In this document: in pieces, positions 33,933-43,997 of the stretch
Layout: each line of letters opens with the position of its first letter
Numbering within the stretch: position 1 is the stretch's first letter
Source: a virus
Lineage: Duplodnaviria > Caudoviricetes
IMG/VR virus record: IMGVR_UViG_3300044953_000632
Location: 1 to 56,675 of that record
Direction: 5' to 3' (one strand)
Length of the DNA: 56,675 bases
Made by a program: the position numbers and the translations under genes
The notes under the pieces: model-generated
The model's database searches: none
The model's input: only the letters and a program-made list of their open reading frames with translations
What the model was told of the DNA's origin: nothing

Positions 33933-36797
33933 TTACTTTTTGTACTTTGACAGCGCAGGATATTCTGCGACGTCCTCATTAGTCAAGGGCTCGCTCCAAC
34001 GAATGCAAACTTCTTGATCAATGCTCAGCATGAGATCGTTGTTCGGGATTCTGCATCTTTCGCACATCGCTATTCTCATGACTTCCAGGGTCTCTTCTAC
34101 CTGCTCTATAGGGCAGGTTATCAGAACTTGGTCATGAACACTCATGATGATTTTGTATTTCAGATGAGGTCTTTCCAAGTTTCTAATCATGAATAAATTT
34201 ACCATGGCCAAGGACATCAAGTCCCCTACAGTGCCTTGAATAGGTGCATTCATGGCTTGTCTTTTCTGGTGGGATATTAACTCCCTGTCATTAGTTTTTT
34301 CAAATCTTCTCCTTCGGCCAAATCCATTTTCTACATAGCCTTGGGAGTTATCGTTTCCTACGCAGCTTTGCTGTTGCTCTAGCCAATATGCAAGATCTGG
34401 AAAAGTCTCTTTAAACTTGTCAATAGAGTCTTGAGCCTCTTCAACTGTGATGTTGATTCCCTCCATGTACACGGCTTGATGAATAGCTGCTGCGCCTCGA
34501 CCGTACGCAATTCCGAACGTGATAGTTTTTGCAATTGTTCTGTACTTTCCGTTACCTGATTCCTTTAGCCACTCTTTAAGTCCCTTTGAGTAGTCTGCCG
34601 GCGGTTTGGACAGACGGAACATATCTATGGCAACCTCGGAGTGGAAGTCTGAGTCTGGATCGCTCAGTTTTTGCTGCATGTTCCAATCTCCGCTGAGCCA
34701 AGCCATAACGAACAACTCGGCCTGCACCCAGTCGCAATCCAGCAACACCCAGCCTGGATCTGCACGGAAACAAGATCTGATGGACGGGATTTTCTCACCG
34801 GTGTCCTTGAACGCACGACCTATCAGATCTTCTGCAGTCTTTGGCAACTGCGCCATATTGGGATCAGAGTGTCCATATCGTCCAGTCTCTACGGTTTGTC
34901 TGATTTTTGTATGGGCTTTGCCATCAGACCACAGCTTTGAAAGTATGCCTCCTTCGATGGAGTAAGATCCGTTTTCATTGACGATAAAGGATCCGCAGAA
35001 AGTCTTGACTATCTGCGCTATCGCCGTGTACGAAAGCATGGTGTTGAGAAACTTGTCGTCTTTGTTAGACATTATAAGTTCTTGTAGCACACTACGTTCC
35101 GTTGACGGCGTATAGTTGTTCGTCGTCTCAGTAGACTTTATGACCTCCGACCACTTTCTGTCATTGGTGGCTCTGATAGGCTCAAACCTTCTCAGGGTTG
35201 CGGTGATAGGTGGGTTGGTCTTGGCTCCCGGCTTTACCCATCCAAACAGAGATGCAGCCTTCTGCACGGATGAATCTGGGTTGAAATCAGGCCAATTTAG
35301 CATGGACTGCAGGGTCTCGACCAGCTCTTTGCGCCTCTCGGAATATTTTTGGGAAAGAAGTTCCAATCTGTGGATGTCGACGTTCATGCCGGTCATTTCC
35401 ATCTCCAGAATAGGCAAGGTGGCCGGCATGACTACGGTTTCGAATAGGGACTTTATTTTGCTATTTTCGGCAAAGCTCATCTCCTGCTGTTGGACCTGGA
35501 ATATTCTAAAGGTCACGTCGACGTCCTTTGCCGCATATTCGAACAGCACTTCGTCCGATATGTCTCCGTAGCCGTTCTCATCTACGTCGTACTTGTTGTC
35601 CTTGATCCACTTATTCAAAGCCAACTCGTATCTACCCATCTTGGTGTGCCTAGAAGTGTACACCTCCAGCCCTTGGGCCCAGTTTTCATTCAGCAAGTGT
35701 CCCGCCAGGGCGGTATCCCAGCCGAACATTGCCGAAGCAGTAACGTCCACTCCGTTGTGAACCAGCCATGGAAGGTCGGCTCTGATGAAGTGTCCGATGA
35801 GCTTAGTCTTTCCATTATCAACCAGATTTCCTATCAGCTTCCAGGCTTCCGCCTTATTGTTGCCGATATGCGTAGGAAGCATTCCTGCGTGGTTGAACAC
35901 CGCCACTACCGCCTTGCCTGGCGCCCAGCCAAATTGGATGCAACGCAGCTCGCCTTGCAAGTAGTTCTTGCCTCCCCACTCGCAATCAATAGAAAGCCAG
36001 CCCGAATACTCGGACCTAATGGTGTTCAGGCTGCTATTAAGCTGATCGATGGTGTAGCAATAGGTGTACGATATCGGAGTGTCGTCGACCACCTCAGTAG
36101 TGTTGGACTCCAGTTCGTTAGCTATTCTGGCCAGCTCCATCGAAAGTCCACCTCTCATCTCTGGAACGTGCAAGACTGCCGAAAAATCAGTTATGGCCGT
36201 TGTCTTGACGCCCAGCGGGCTTTCCTCGGCAGTCAGTGTCCTGTTCTTGTAGTACTCCATTGTAGCCTTTGCGCCAAACAAAGCCTTTAGGACCTTGGTG
36301 CCTAGGATAATCAAAATATCAGGCTTGACTATCTCCAACTCCTTTTTGAACAGGGGCATGTAGTCTTTGATCATCTCCTTTGGAATGGAGGTCTTCTTTC
36401 CATTAACGTGCGTCTTTACGAATGTGGTAAAGTACACATCGTTTATATTCAGTCCGGCTTTATTCATCAGGTCTTTGAATTCCAAAATCCAATCGCCGTG
36501 AAACAGCCTTTTTTCCTTGTCCTCGATGGAGTTTGGCCAAGAGCCAACCATCATAATCTTTTTGTATCCTGGGCCGGTTATTGCCGCCGCCACCCCGTCT
36601 TTAACGGAATCCAGGTGGATTCCTGGCAAAGTAGCGATTGGAAATAGGATGCCGTCGTCCTTTTCCATCGTTATTTGGTAGTGTCTGTACAGCATATCCG
36701 TAAGTGTGTAATCCAAAGTTTGAGTGCTGTTCTTGGAAGCTTTTACTACTATGTTTCCATAGGTTTCTACATCTTTGTTTACTAATTCAACTGGCAT
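33933..36797 (-). CDS. polA: Family A DNA polymerase with N-terminal UDG-like domain and 3'-5' exonuclease
   Basis: UDG4-like region (IMMVGSWP...VYFTTFVK...ELEIVKPDILIILG), Exo I SIDCE, Exo III YAAKD, ETGR...PNMAQ, motif A DWVQAE, motif B RTIAKTITFGIAYG, motif C VHDQ. Confidence 0.9.
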   Translation of the reverse strand: MPVELVNKDVETYGNIVVKASKNSTQTLDYTLTDMLYRHYQITMEKDDGILFPIATLPGIHLDSVKDGVAAAITGPGYKKIMMVGSWPNSIEDKEKRLFHGDWILEFKDLMNKAGLNINDVYFTTFVKTHVNGKKTSIPKEMIKDYMPLFKKELEIVKPDILIILGTKVLKALFGAKATMEYYKNRTLTAEESPLGVKTTAITDFSAVLHVPEMRGGLSMELARIANELESNTTEVVDDTPISYTYCYTIDQLNSSLNTIRSEYSGWLSIDCEWGGKNYLQGELRCIQFGWAPGKAVVAVFNHAGMLPTHIGNNKAEAWKLIGNLVDNGKTKLIGHFIRADLPWLVHNGVDVTASAMFGWDTALAGHLLNENWAQGLEVYTSRHTKMGRYELALNKWIKDNKYDVDENGYGDISDEVLFEYAAKDVDVTFRIFQVQQQEMSFAENSKIKSLFETVVMPATLPILEMEMTGMNVDIHRLELLSQKYSERRKELVETLQSMLNWPDFNPDSSVQKAASLFGWVKPGAKTNPPITATLRRFEPIRATNDRKWSEVIKSTETTNNYTPSTERSVLQELIMSNKDDKFLNTMLSYTAIAQIVKTFCGSFIVNENGSYSIEGGILSKLWSDGKAHTKIRQTVETGRYGHSDPNMAQLPKTAEDLIGRAFKDTGEKIPSIRSCFRADPGWVLLDCDWVQAELFVMAWLSGDWNMQQKLSDPDSDFHSEVAIDMFRLSKPPADYSKGLKEWLKESGNGKYRTIAKTITFGIAYGRGAAAIHQAVYMEGINITVEEAQDSIDKFKETFPDLAYWLEQQQSCVGNDNSQGYVENGFGRRRRFEKTNDRELISHQKRQAMNAPIQGTVGDLMSLAMVNLFMIRNLERPHLKYKIIMSVHDQVLITCPIEQVEETLEVMRIAMCERCRIPNNDLMLSIDQEVCIRWSEPLTNEDVAEYPALSKYKK

Positions 36798-36825
36798 TGT
36801 TGCTCCGATGTTTGGTTGTTTTCGT

Positions 36826-37932
36826 TCATTTATGTGATTTTTTTTTGTTTATAGCTTCTAAGAGATCTGCTGTGGACATGGTCGCTGGATCGTGTCCTTT
36901 TGGCAGCTCGACCGTGAGGCATCCGCCAGATACCTTGGAGTCAAGTCGCGCTATGCACTCAAATATACGTTTGTTCAAGGCAGCCTCGTGCTCTACCATG
37001 AAGATTATCTGACCGTCTTTGAATGTCGATGCTAGAAGCTCTTCTTGCATCGGCTTTGGGTACATCCCAAATGTGCATACTCCGGCGGGTCCGCAGGCTA
37101 TTGCTGACAAAGCGCCTTCGCATACTATACAAAATCTGCCATCTGTGAACTTCCTGGCATCTTCCAGCCTGTACACGAAATTGCTGAACGAATAGCCGGG
37201 GGCATTTAGATACTTCTGTATCACTGGCTTTCCTGTGGAGGGATCGCACGGTATGACTCCGATATACCTAGCCATCCAGCCTTGCCATATACCTTGTTGG
37301 ACATTAGGAATTATGAGTCTCTCTTCTGGAGTTATGGTATGCCATGTTCCTCCTGAATCCATAAAGCTTTTCTTCCACGGACTCCTATTGCAATAACAGA
37401 ATTGATACTCGCAGGCCATCTTATTTATGTCCTTAAATCCACGGGACATCAAATAAGATACGGCAGGATGGTCCTTTGGAAGCTCGTTGACAGGTATAAG
37501 GTCATCTACCTCTCCGGGCAACTCCATTTTTCTGGCGTCTATGTCGACTCCGGTCTTTAGCGAATCGGTCTTGACATCGTAGGCGGTTATGTCAGAATTG
37601 CTATAAAGCACTTCCCACAGATCCGACCAATCGCAAGCCTCGTTATGACATTTGACGCATGAGTATATGCGCTTGCCTGCTTCTTCGCATCTAGTACCCC
37701 AAACATGCCCAATGTAAAGGCGAAACCTTTTGTCCTTGCATTTTGGGCAGTTGACGGAATAGGTTTCGCCCCAATTTATCATATTGATCTTCTTAGGCGT
37801 GCTGGGATCAAAGTGCAGCGCTAAGGCGTCAATAACTATTCTGTACTTTGCTTCGACTCCTGCGGTGGTTATCTTTACTTTTCCAAATTTGTTTTGAAGA
37901 ACTTTATACAACTTTTCATTTATAGGTCTCAT
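36826..37932 (-). CDS. DNA primase (Zn finger plus TOPRIM)
   Basis: CPKC...CHNEAC, YLMSRG, WMARY...KYLN, VCEGALSA and HDP; adjacent to the helicase. Confidence 0.8.
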   Translation of the reverse strand: MRPINEKLYKVLQNKFGKVKITTAGVEAKYRIVIDALALHFDPSTPKKINMINWGETYSVNCPKCKDKRFRLYIGHVWGTRCEEAGKRIYSCVKCHNEACDWSDLWEVLYSNSDITAYDVKTDSLKTGVDIDARKMELPGEVDDLIPVNELPKDHPAVSYLMSRGFKDINKMACEYQFCYCNRSPWKKSFMDSGGTWHTITPEERLIIPNVQQGIWQGWMARYIGVIPCDPSTGKPVIQKYLNAPGYSFSNFVYRLEDARKFTDGRFCIVCEGALSAIACGPAGVCTFGMYPKPMQEELLASTFKDGQIIFMVEHEAALNKRIFECIARLDSKVSGGCLTVELPKGHDPATMSTADLLEAINKKKSHK

Positions 37933-39404
37933 CCTAGATTTTCTCTAACTGCTGAACTAAATTCTGAAGCACTGACTATTTTGCGAGGACGTTTATCAAA
38001 CAGCGTGGAGCTTCCAGTTTCAGAAATACTGTTCTGATCGTACACCTTCATAGACTCGATGTTTACGTTTGCCTTGTCTACGTGTTTCCATCTAGACAGC
38101 GCACCTTCCATCTGAATAGTCATGTCCATGAAGGGCTGACCATTTCTTACCTTTGGAGCAGTGATCCAAGCCAAGTTGCTTTCTGGATCGCGGTTTCCTA
38201 TGCAGATGACCGTATCCATATAGTGATGCAGCGTTCTGCATTGAAATGCATCTGTGGCTTCTGGCTTTCTTCTGGCACCTGCTTGTGCAGCCTGTGTGCC
38301 AAGCTGATGGTATATGAAAATATTTACGCCGTAGTCTGTGCCTATCTTTCTTATTTGATCAGCGCAATCATTCATAACCTTGGTTATATCATTTTGGTTT
38401 ATGCTCCTTGCAGCCATATAGTTGTTTACCATAGGTCCAAGCCAGTCTATTCCCACGTACCTCAGGTTTGCACCTCTGTCTAAAACCTGCTTTATCATTT
38501 TGGCAATTTCCGAAGGGCCGCCGCCGCCGCCTTTATTGTTTCTTGCAGCCTCCAGCATGTCAAATAGGTGAAGCTTGCCCTTCAGCCGGCTCTTGATTTC
38601 GGACCACCTTTGCATTATCGCCCTGTTGTCCTTGAACTTGGATATGTTCATGTCGTTCAGGGACGCGATTGGAACGCCCAGCGCATAGGAATAGATTCTG
38701 TTAGTGATGCCAGGGACAATCGATTGCTCGTAGCTGATTATCATGGCGTCTTCACCGTTCAACGCAGCTGTGGTGGCTATCTGGACATTCGTCAAGGTTT
38801 TGCCGCCGCCAGATGGCGCAAGCAGCAAGGTGGTTTCGCCAAGGGAGGATCCTCCGCTGGTTACTACATCGATAAAGTCGACGCCCCATGGCTTCCTCTT
38901 GTTGTCGACCAGCATCGGATCGTCTTTTGCAAACGGATCTACCGCACCGGTCTTACAGATAGACGACTTTGCCACCTCCTGATTAAGTCTGACGATACCC
39001 TCAAGGAGATCGTCGGACTTTGGCAGCTGTTCGATGACAGGCAGAATCTTTCTGGCTATTAAAAGTTTCTTAAGCTCATCGAGTATGTAGTTCTTCACAT
39101 CCTTTATCTCGGACGTCGAAGAGTATGCCCATTGAAGGTGTTCGCCGAAGGATACGGCATCTGCCTCAGATATCAGGTTGTTTCTAAGTATGCTGTGCTC
39201 GAACTCGAACACAACTACATCGTAAGGCACGGCGCTCTTCGATTGCTTGAACCATTTGCTGCCTATTAGGTACGCTACTCGTAATGGATTCTCACTCTCC
39301 TTAAAATCCTTGAATGAAAGCTTACTAAAAGCCTCCTCCATTACGTCGGGAGACCTCAGAAAGCCTAGGACTAGCCATTTACTAAATGTTTGGTTTACAT
39401 CCAT
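37929..39404 (-). CDS. Replicative DnaB-like (SF4) helicase
   Basis: APSGGGKT, ISYE, GIDW, HQL and KVRNG motifs. Confidence 0.85.
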   Translation of the reverse strand: MDVNQTFSKWLVLGFLRSPDVMEEAFSKLSFKDFKESENPLRVAYLIGSKWFKQSKSAVPYDVVVFEFEHSILRNNLISEADAVSFGEHLQWAYSSTSEIKDVKNYILDELKKLLIARKILPVIEQLPKSDDLLEGIVRLNQEVAKSSICKTGAVDPFAKDDPMLVDNKRKPWGVDFIDVVTSGGSSLGETTLLLAPSGGGKTLTNVQIATTAALNGEDAMIISYEQSIVPGITNRIYSYALGVPIASLNDMNISKFKDNRAIMQRWSEIKSRLKGKLHLFDMLEAARNNKGGGGGPSEIAKMIKQVLDRGANLRYVGIDWLGPMVNNYMAARSINQNDITKVMNDCADQIRKIGTDYGVNIFIYHQLGTQAAQAGARRKPEATDAFQCRTLHHYMDTVICIGNRDPESNLAWITAPKVRNGQPFMDMTIQMEGALSRWKHVDKANVNIESMKVYDQNSISETGSSTLFDKRPRKIVSASEFSSAVRENLG

Positions 39405-40015
39405 GGGTTTAAAACTTCCTGAGGTATAAACTCGCTAAATTTTTCCATGTACACGGGGTGGCAAAAAGCTTGTCGCCTTGCTGCGGACAGTATATCCTGA
39501 GAGAGCTCGTTTTGCCTTCCAAGATTTTTTGCCACAGTGTATTTAAATACGGCATCAAATGTGTTTATAGGGTCCTGCAGAAACTTTAAAACATCTTCTT
39601 CTACAGGCAATCTTTCCAGTTTTTTAAACATAAGCTCAAACCTTAGCTTATGCTGCTGGTATTGAGGATCAGGTTTTCCGCTAGCCATGTATAAGTTAAA
39701 ATTTTTATCTAAATTGAACTTATACGGCATTGGATACGCCGGATACTCATTGAAGAAGCACCATTCCACATATGCTCGTGGATTCACATTGTGATCGACG
39801 CACTTGCATGCGACACTTCGCCATATGTCCAATACCTTTTTGTTCTTGGATCGCGTGGCGTAGGTGTAGTCTTCCATCCTGCCGGTTACGTTAAGTTTAC
39901 ATTTTGCGTAAGTCTCCACTATGGACGCAATCATGTGTCCAAGTTCACTTTTATTACTTCCCATTTTTTGTCTTCGTAGCTCTGGAATCGATTCTTCGAT
40001 CGTCTTGCTGTCCAT
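39395..40015 (-). CDS. Hypothetical protein in the replication block
   Basis: 206 aa, between the two helicases. Confidence 0.65.
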   Translation of the reverse strand: MDSKTIEESIPELRRQKMGSNKSELGHMIASIVETYAKCKLNVTGRMEDYTYATRSKNKKVLDIWRSVACKCVDHNVNPRAYVEWCFFNEYPAYPMPYKFNLDKNFNLYMASGKPDPQYQQHKLRFELMFKKLERLPVEEDVLKFLQDPINTFDAVFKYTVAKNLGRQNELSQDILSAARRQAFCHPVYMEKFSEFIPQEVLNPWM

Positions 40016-41370
40016 AAATCAAATGTGTCCGCAAAGTCCACCAATATGCCCTTGTCTTTGCCGGAGGAGATGCGGCAGACGCGTCCAGGCATTTGAATGT
40101 CCTTGATAGGCGACGCTCCTCCGTCGGCACGAATTATCATAGACAGCTGGGGAAAGTCAACTCCAGTGCCCCATATACCTGTAGCAATGGCTCTCTTCAG
40201 CTCTCCTGCACTGAACTTTTTACGTATCCCCTCTACCTGTTTCTTAGTAAGGGGATCGCCTTTTAAAAGTTTGGCTTTCTTGAAACACTCAGCAGACTCG
40301 TCATCCATGTTTCCATATACGACTTCAAAATCCGGCATTAGCTTTTTAAGTTCAAGCGCGTGTTCTATTTTATCCACCAATACCAGTATTTGCGGATCCT
40401 TCTCTGTAAGGCGCTGAGGCACTATTTCGTACACCACCCTGGATATTGCGGTGTTACGTGCGAAGTTGCTCCAGTATCCTAAGCGCATCCTTTTGACATC
40501 CGATTGAAAGTTTCTGATGGCGTCGACGGGAGTGCAGCCCCAGTCCACCTTCCACACCTCTATAGGCACGACAAGTCCTAAATCTACTCCGTCTTGGTAG
40601 TCCACCTTGCATATCTTGTTTCCAAAATACGCCTCCATAGCCAAGGCTGTATTGTCCAGTCTCTGATCAGGGGATGCCGAATAGGATATCATTTTGCATC
40701 CACTGAACGCAGGATAGTACTCCAAAAACGAAGGTATCAGCAGCTCATGCACTTCATCCAGCTGCACGACGTCAAATTTCTCCAGCTCCAGGCCGCCTAA
40801 AGATCCAGAAGTGCAGACCATTGGATTTCCCTTTATGTGATAATCGGAGTTCCATACTCCTATTTTGGGAAACTTTGCCTTCAGCTTCTGGTGCAGCTGA
40901 TTGCATACAGCCTTTGACTTTGTTATCACCGCATGGTTCTGTTTTGGATACAGCTCTACGATTTTCTCAATCACAACGCCTTTTCCAAATCCGGTCAGTG
41001 CATCCACTATACCCATATCGGCTTTGATGATCTCGTCTATAACCGTCAGTTGACCGGGGCGGAGTCCTGCAAGTTTGGATGTGTTGGGAGTCGGCAACTT
41101 GCCAGGCCGCAGATCTTTAAACTCAGGCTTGTACCCCTCTCTAGCTAGAACGTTGAGGCATCGTTCAAGCAAACCGCAGGGAAAGTACATCCATCCGTCT
41201 TGAAGAGCGTACAGGTCCACCGGATTACCCACGTATCTGGGTGCCCTTCCAGGCTCCCTTACTTGAGTTCGGTGGATGTACTGAAATTCTTTCTTTAGAA
41301 TGTCATTATGGGGGCCCTCCGGAGTTCGAAGGAATCTCATTATTCTTTCCACTGTGACTTTTTGCATCAA
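39931..41370 (-). CDS. Superfamily 2 helicase (UvsW-like)
   Basis: LRPGQ, TGFGKG, DEVH, SAS, TGVDFP and QMPGRVCR motifs. Confidence 0.85.
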   Translation of the reverse strand: MMQKVTVERIMRFLRTPEGPHNDILKKEFQYIHRTQVREPGRAPRYVGNPVDLYALQDGWMYFPCGLLERCLNVLAREGYKPEFKDLRPGKLPTPNTSKLAGLRPGQLTVIDEIIKADMGIVDALTGFGKGVVIEKIVELYPKQNHAVITKSKAVCNQLHQKLKAKFPKIGVWNSDYHIKGNPMVCTSGSLGGLELEKFDVVQLDEVHELLIPSFLEYYPAFSGCKMISYSASPDQRLDNTALAMEAYFGNKICKVDYQDGVDLGLVVPIEVWKVDWGCTPVDAIRNFQSDVKRMRLGYWSNFARNTAISRVVYEIVPQRLTEKDPQILVLVDKIEHALELKKLMPDFEVVYGNMDDESAECFKKAKLLKGDPLTKKQVEGIRKKFSAGELKRAIATGIWGTGVDFPQLSMIIRADGGASPIKDIQMPGRVCRISSGKDKGILVDFADTFDLWTARRSKNRFQSYEDKKWEVIKVNLDT

Positions 41371-41390
41371 TATACCTTCTATTAGTTTTA

Positions 41391-41750
41391 TTAATGATAC
41401 AGATAGTTTGCGTCAACGACAGTCACGCAAATGCCGTTATTTAGTTCGTGCGCCTTCTTGAAGATCTCCGTGATTTCCATAAGGTAGTTACTGTTTATCA
41501 AAGATTTAAAGTCGTAATATCTCATGAAGCGATTAAACCCATTCCGCGAACGAACTAGATGGAAGTTAAACAACCTCTTATAAATCAGCTTTGACTTAGC
41601 AGAGTCGACGCATTGAATTTTGGTGAAATCTACCTTTCCTATCAGCTTGATAGCAGCTGCAACATCTTCTGTGATATTGATATGAACCATGTTGTTCGTG
41701 ATGGGGGTGCTGAGAATGGATCGAAGATTCAGATTTGATGCAGTTTTCAT
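41391..41750 (-). CDS. Hypothetical protein
   Basis: 119-aa ORF. Confidence 0.65.
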   Translation of the reverse strand: MKTASNLNLRSILSTPITNNMVHINITEDVAAAIKLIGKVDFTKIQCVDSAKSKLIYKRLFNFHLVRSRNGFNRFMRYYDFKSLINSNYLMEITEIFKKAHELNNGICVTVVDANYLYH

Positions 41751-41764
41751 TATTCTAGCTATAT

Positions 41765-41797
41765 TTCAACAGGGGGAGGCCCCCTCCCCCTGTTGAA
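41765..41797 (-). terminator. Hairpin after sbcC
   Basis: 15-bp stem TTCAACAGGGGGAGG/CCTCCCCCTGTTGAA. Confidence 0.6.
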
Positions 41798-41799
41798 TT

Positions 41800-43986
41800 T
41801 TACACCTGCTCTGAACCGTCCAATGCGATGTTCTTGCAGCCATATGCGGCAAGCGCAGGACTGTGGGTGATGACTATGAACTGACGACCGGTCTGTCTGC
41901 CCATCTTTGCAAGATAGTTGAAGGCTTCTGCAAGATCCCTGGAATTGGATTCTTGCATTGCTCCAGAAGGCTCGTCGAGAGCCAAGACTCCTAGTGTGCT
42001 TGCAAACACATCGTTGACGGCAAGCAGATAGCAAACGCTGGCTTGCTGCTTCTGGCCACCGGACAGCCTTTTGGCATGATGTACCAGTCCGTTGGACTTG
42101 GTGGCCATGAACTCAAGGTTATCGTCTATGTGGGCAGTAAAGTCAGCATTTATTGTGCTCAAGTAGAACTTAAGCCTGTCATTGAGCATCTTCATGTAAT
42201 GTAGGGACAGCAGCCTAGGTAGACCGTCCTTCATCAAAACTTCATTAACCTTGTCCAGTACCTTTCTAAATCTCTCTATAGGCTTGACGGATGCTGCACG
42301 CTTCTCTTGCAGGCTCAACTTCTGTTCCGCTCGCTCAAGAGACGACTTGGCGGTGTCTAGGCTGCCGTCCAGCCTGTTCACCTTATCCTTTATGGCGACT
42401 GCATCCTGGTGCAGCTTAGTAAAACGAGCATACTCATGCTCGTCGTACTTTGCCGGATGTATGTCCGCCAGCTCGTTGGCTATGGATTCCTGCAAGGCTA
42501 GCTGAGATTGGATGTGGCCGTTTATGGCGCTGACGCTGTTCTCCATGGTAGATATGTTCTTTTCCAATATGTCGAAATCGCTGACCGTCCTGGCCAGAGT
42601 CTTCTTTATCTCAAGAGTCATCTTAGGAGTAGTGGCCACAAGATCTTCCAGCTCCTTGTTTACTTCAGTCGCCTGAGTCATGATGGTCTGGACGCAGGCG
42701 ATGTACGAAGCTTGATCGGCTTCACATGTATCCCACGTCTTATTGAGCGCCTTCACATGCTTTATCGTTTCTATCAGCAACTCTACGCCAGAGGCAAGCT
42801 GCTGCACTTCTGCAAACAAAGCAGCGCGATCATGAGCGCAAAGTGCGGTTTCGGCCCCGCATTCAGGACACTTACCCTGATCGACCAATGTCAATCTTTT
42901 TGCAGCTATGCAGTGCTGCTGCTGTTTCTCGTTAAGATTGTCCTGCAACCAAATCTCTGCACCATCGGCAGGCCTGTTCTCCTGTGGCTCGACAGGTTTA
43001 GTGGAGATGCACTTTTGCAACTCCTCCGCCAACTTAGAAGCTTTTGTCTTTAGCAGCTCTATACGGTTATTGGCCGCAATGAGCATGTCCGCTGAATACA
43101 AATTTTTCTTAGCCGCCTCTGCTTCTACTTTCAGAGACTCTTTTTTCTCCAGCATGGAGCTCAGGTTATCTTGTTGGCCCTTGAGTCCTGCTTGGAGCTG
43201 AAGGGTCGCCGACTTGCAGGTTTTGAGCCTTTGATCAAGCTGATTTCTCTTGTCGTCGTTCTTCTTCAGCTGCTCAAGCACGTCGAGCTTGACATTAATG
43301 GTTTGTATATCAAGACTGATATATTGAGCCATCAAATCTGATATCTCGGACTGTAAGCGGTTGACTTCACCTTCAGCCAAGTTTCTCTCCACCTGGGCCT
43401 CCTGCAAAGGCACATGGACGTCTGGCACTGTGATAGCCAACAGCAGGTCTCTCACCTGTCCACGCATTACCTCCAGCTCGCTGGTCCTCGTCAAGGTATG
43501 TATGATTTCCTTGAACTTTGCAGGAGTGACGGACACTGGAGCGGTGATGGAGTCTTGGTCGACGATCAAGTGACCGTCAATGATGCTGGCTGGCACTGGA
43601 ATAAGGGAATGCGTCTTTTCCAACGCCTCCTTGGATCCAAATACCTCTTCGATCTTGCCGTCATCGTATTCTATCCTAAGTCTAGGTATGTTTAGAGCAG
43701 CAAATTTCTTTTCTCCTGCCACTGCCTTTGCAATGTGCAGCACCTTGTTTCCTATGCGCCAGGACGCAACAAAATAGCAGGCCTCCTGAGGCGGTGTTCC
43801 CCAGGAGGCCCAACTATTTGCATTCCCTGGAAACAGATTGGTAAGGGATGCTCGGATCATAGTGAGTATGGTTGACTTGCCACAGCCTATAGGGCCGGTT
43901 ATCACCGTCAGTGCATCGTCAAACTCAAACTCAAAGTCTCCTTTTAGAAGACCGATGTTCCTGCCCCTCAGGGACAGTAGTTTCAT
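41800..43986 (-). CDS. sbcC: SbcC/Rad50-like SMC ATPase
   Basis: GPIGCGKST, coiled coils, CPEC zinc hook, LSGGQ, ALDEP and ITH. Confidence 0.9.
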   Translation of the reverse strand: MKLLSLRGRNIGLLKGDFEFEFDDALTVITGPIGCGKSTILTMIRASLTNLFPGNANSWASWGTPPQEACYFVASWRIGNKVLHIAKAVAGEKKFAALNIPRLRIEYDDGKIEEVFGSKEALEKTHSLIPVPASIIDGHLIVDQDSITAPVSVTPAKFKEIIHTLTRTSELEVMRGQVRDLLLAITVPDVHVPLQEAQVERNLAEGEVNRLQSEISDLMAQYISLDIQTINVKLDVLEQLKKNDDKRNQLDQRLKTCKSATLQLQAGLKGQQDNLSSMLEKKESLKVEAEAAKKNLYSADMLIAANNRIELLKTKASKLAEELQKCISTKPVEPQENRPADGAEIWLQDNLNEKQQQHCIAAKRLTLVDQGKCPECGAETALCAHDRAALFAEVQQLASGVELLIETIKHVKALNKTWDTCEADQASYIACVQTIMTQATEVNKELEDLVATTPKMTLEIKKTLARTVSDFDILEKNISTMENSVSAINGHIQSQLALQESIANELADIHPAKYDEHEYARFTKLHQDAVAIKDKVNRLDGSLDTAKSSLERAEQKLSLQEKRAASVKPIERFRKVLDKVNEVLMKDGLPRLLSLHYMKMLNDRLKFYLSTINADFTAHIDDNLEFMATKSNGLVHHAKRLSGGQKQQASVCYLLAVNDVFASTLGVLALDEPSGAMQESNSRDLAEAFNYLAKMGRQTGRQFIVITHSPALAAYGCKNIALDGSEQV

Positions 43987-43997
43987 GTTTATTGGTA

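Noticed and set aside
35490-36290. 266-aa plus-strand ORF
   Set aside because: Antisense shadow of polA with no recognisable features.
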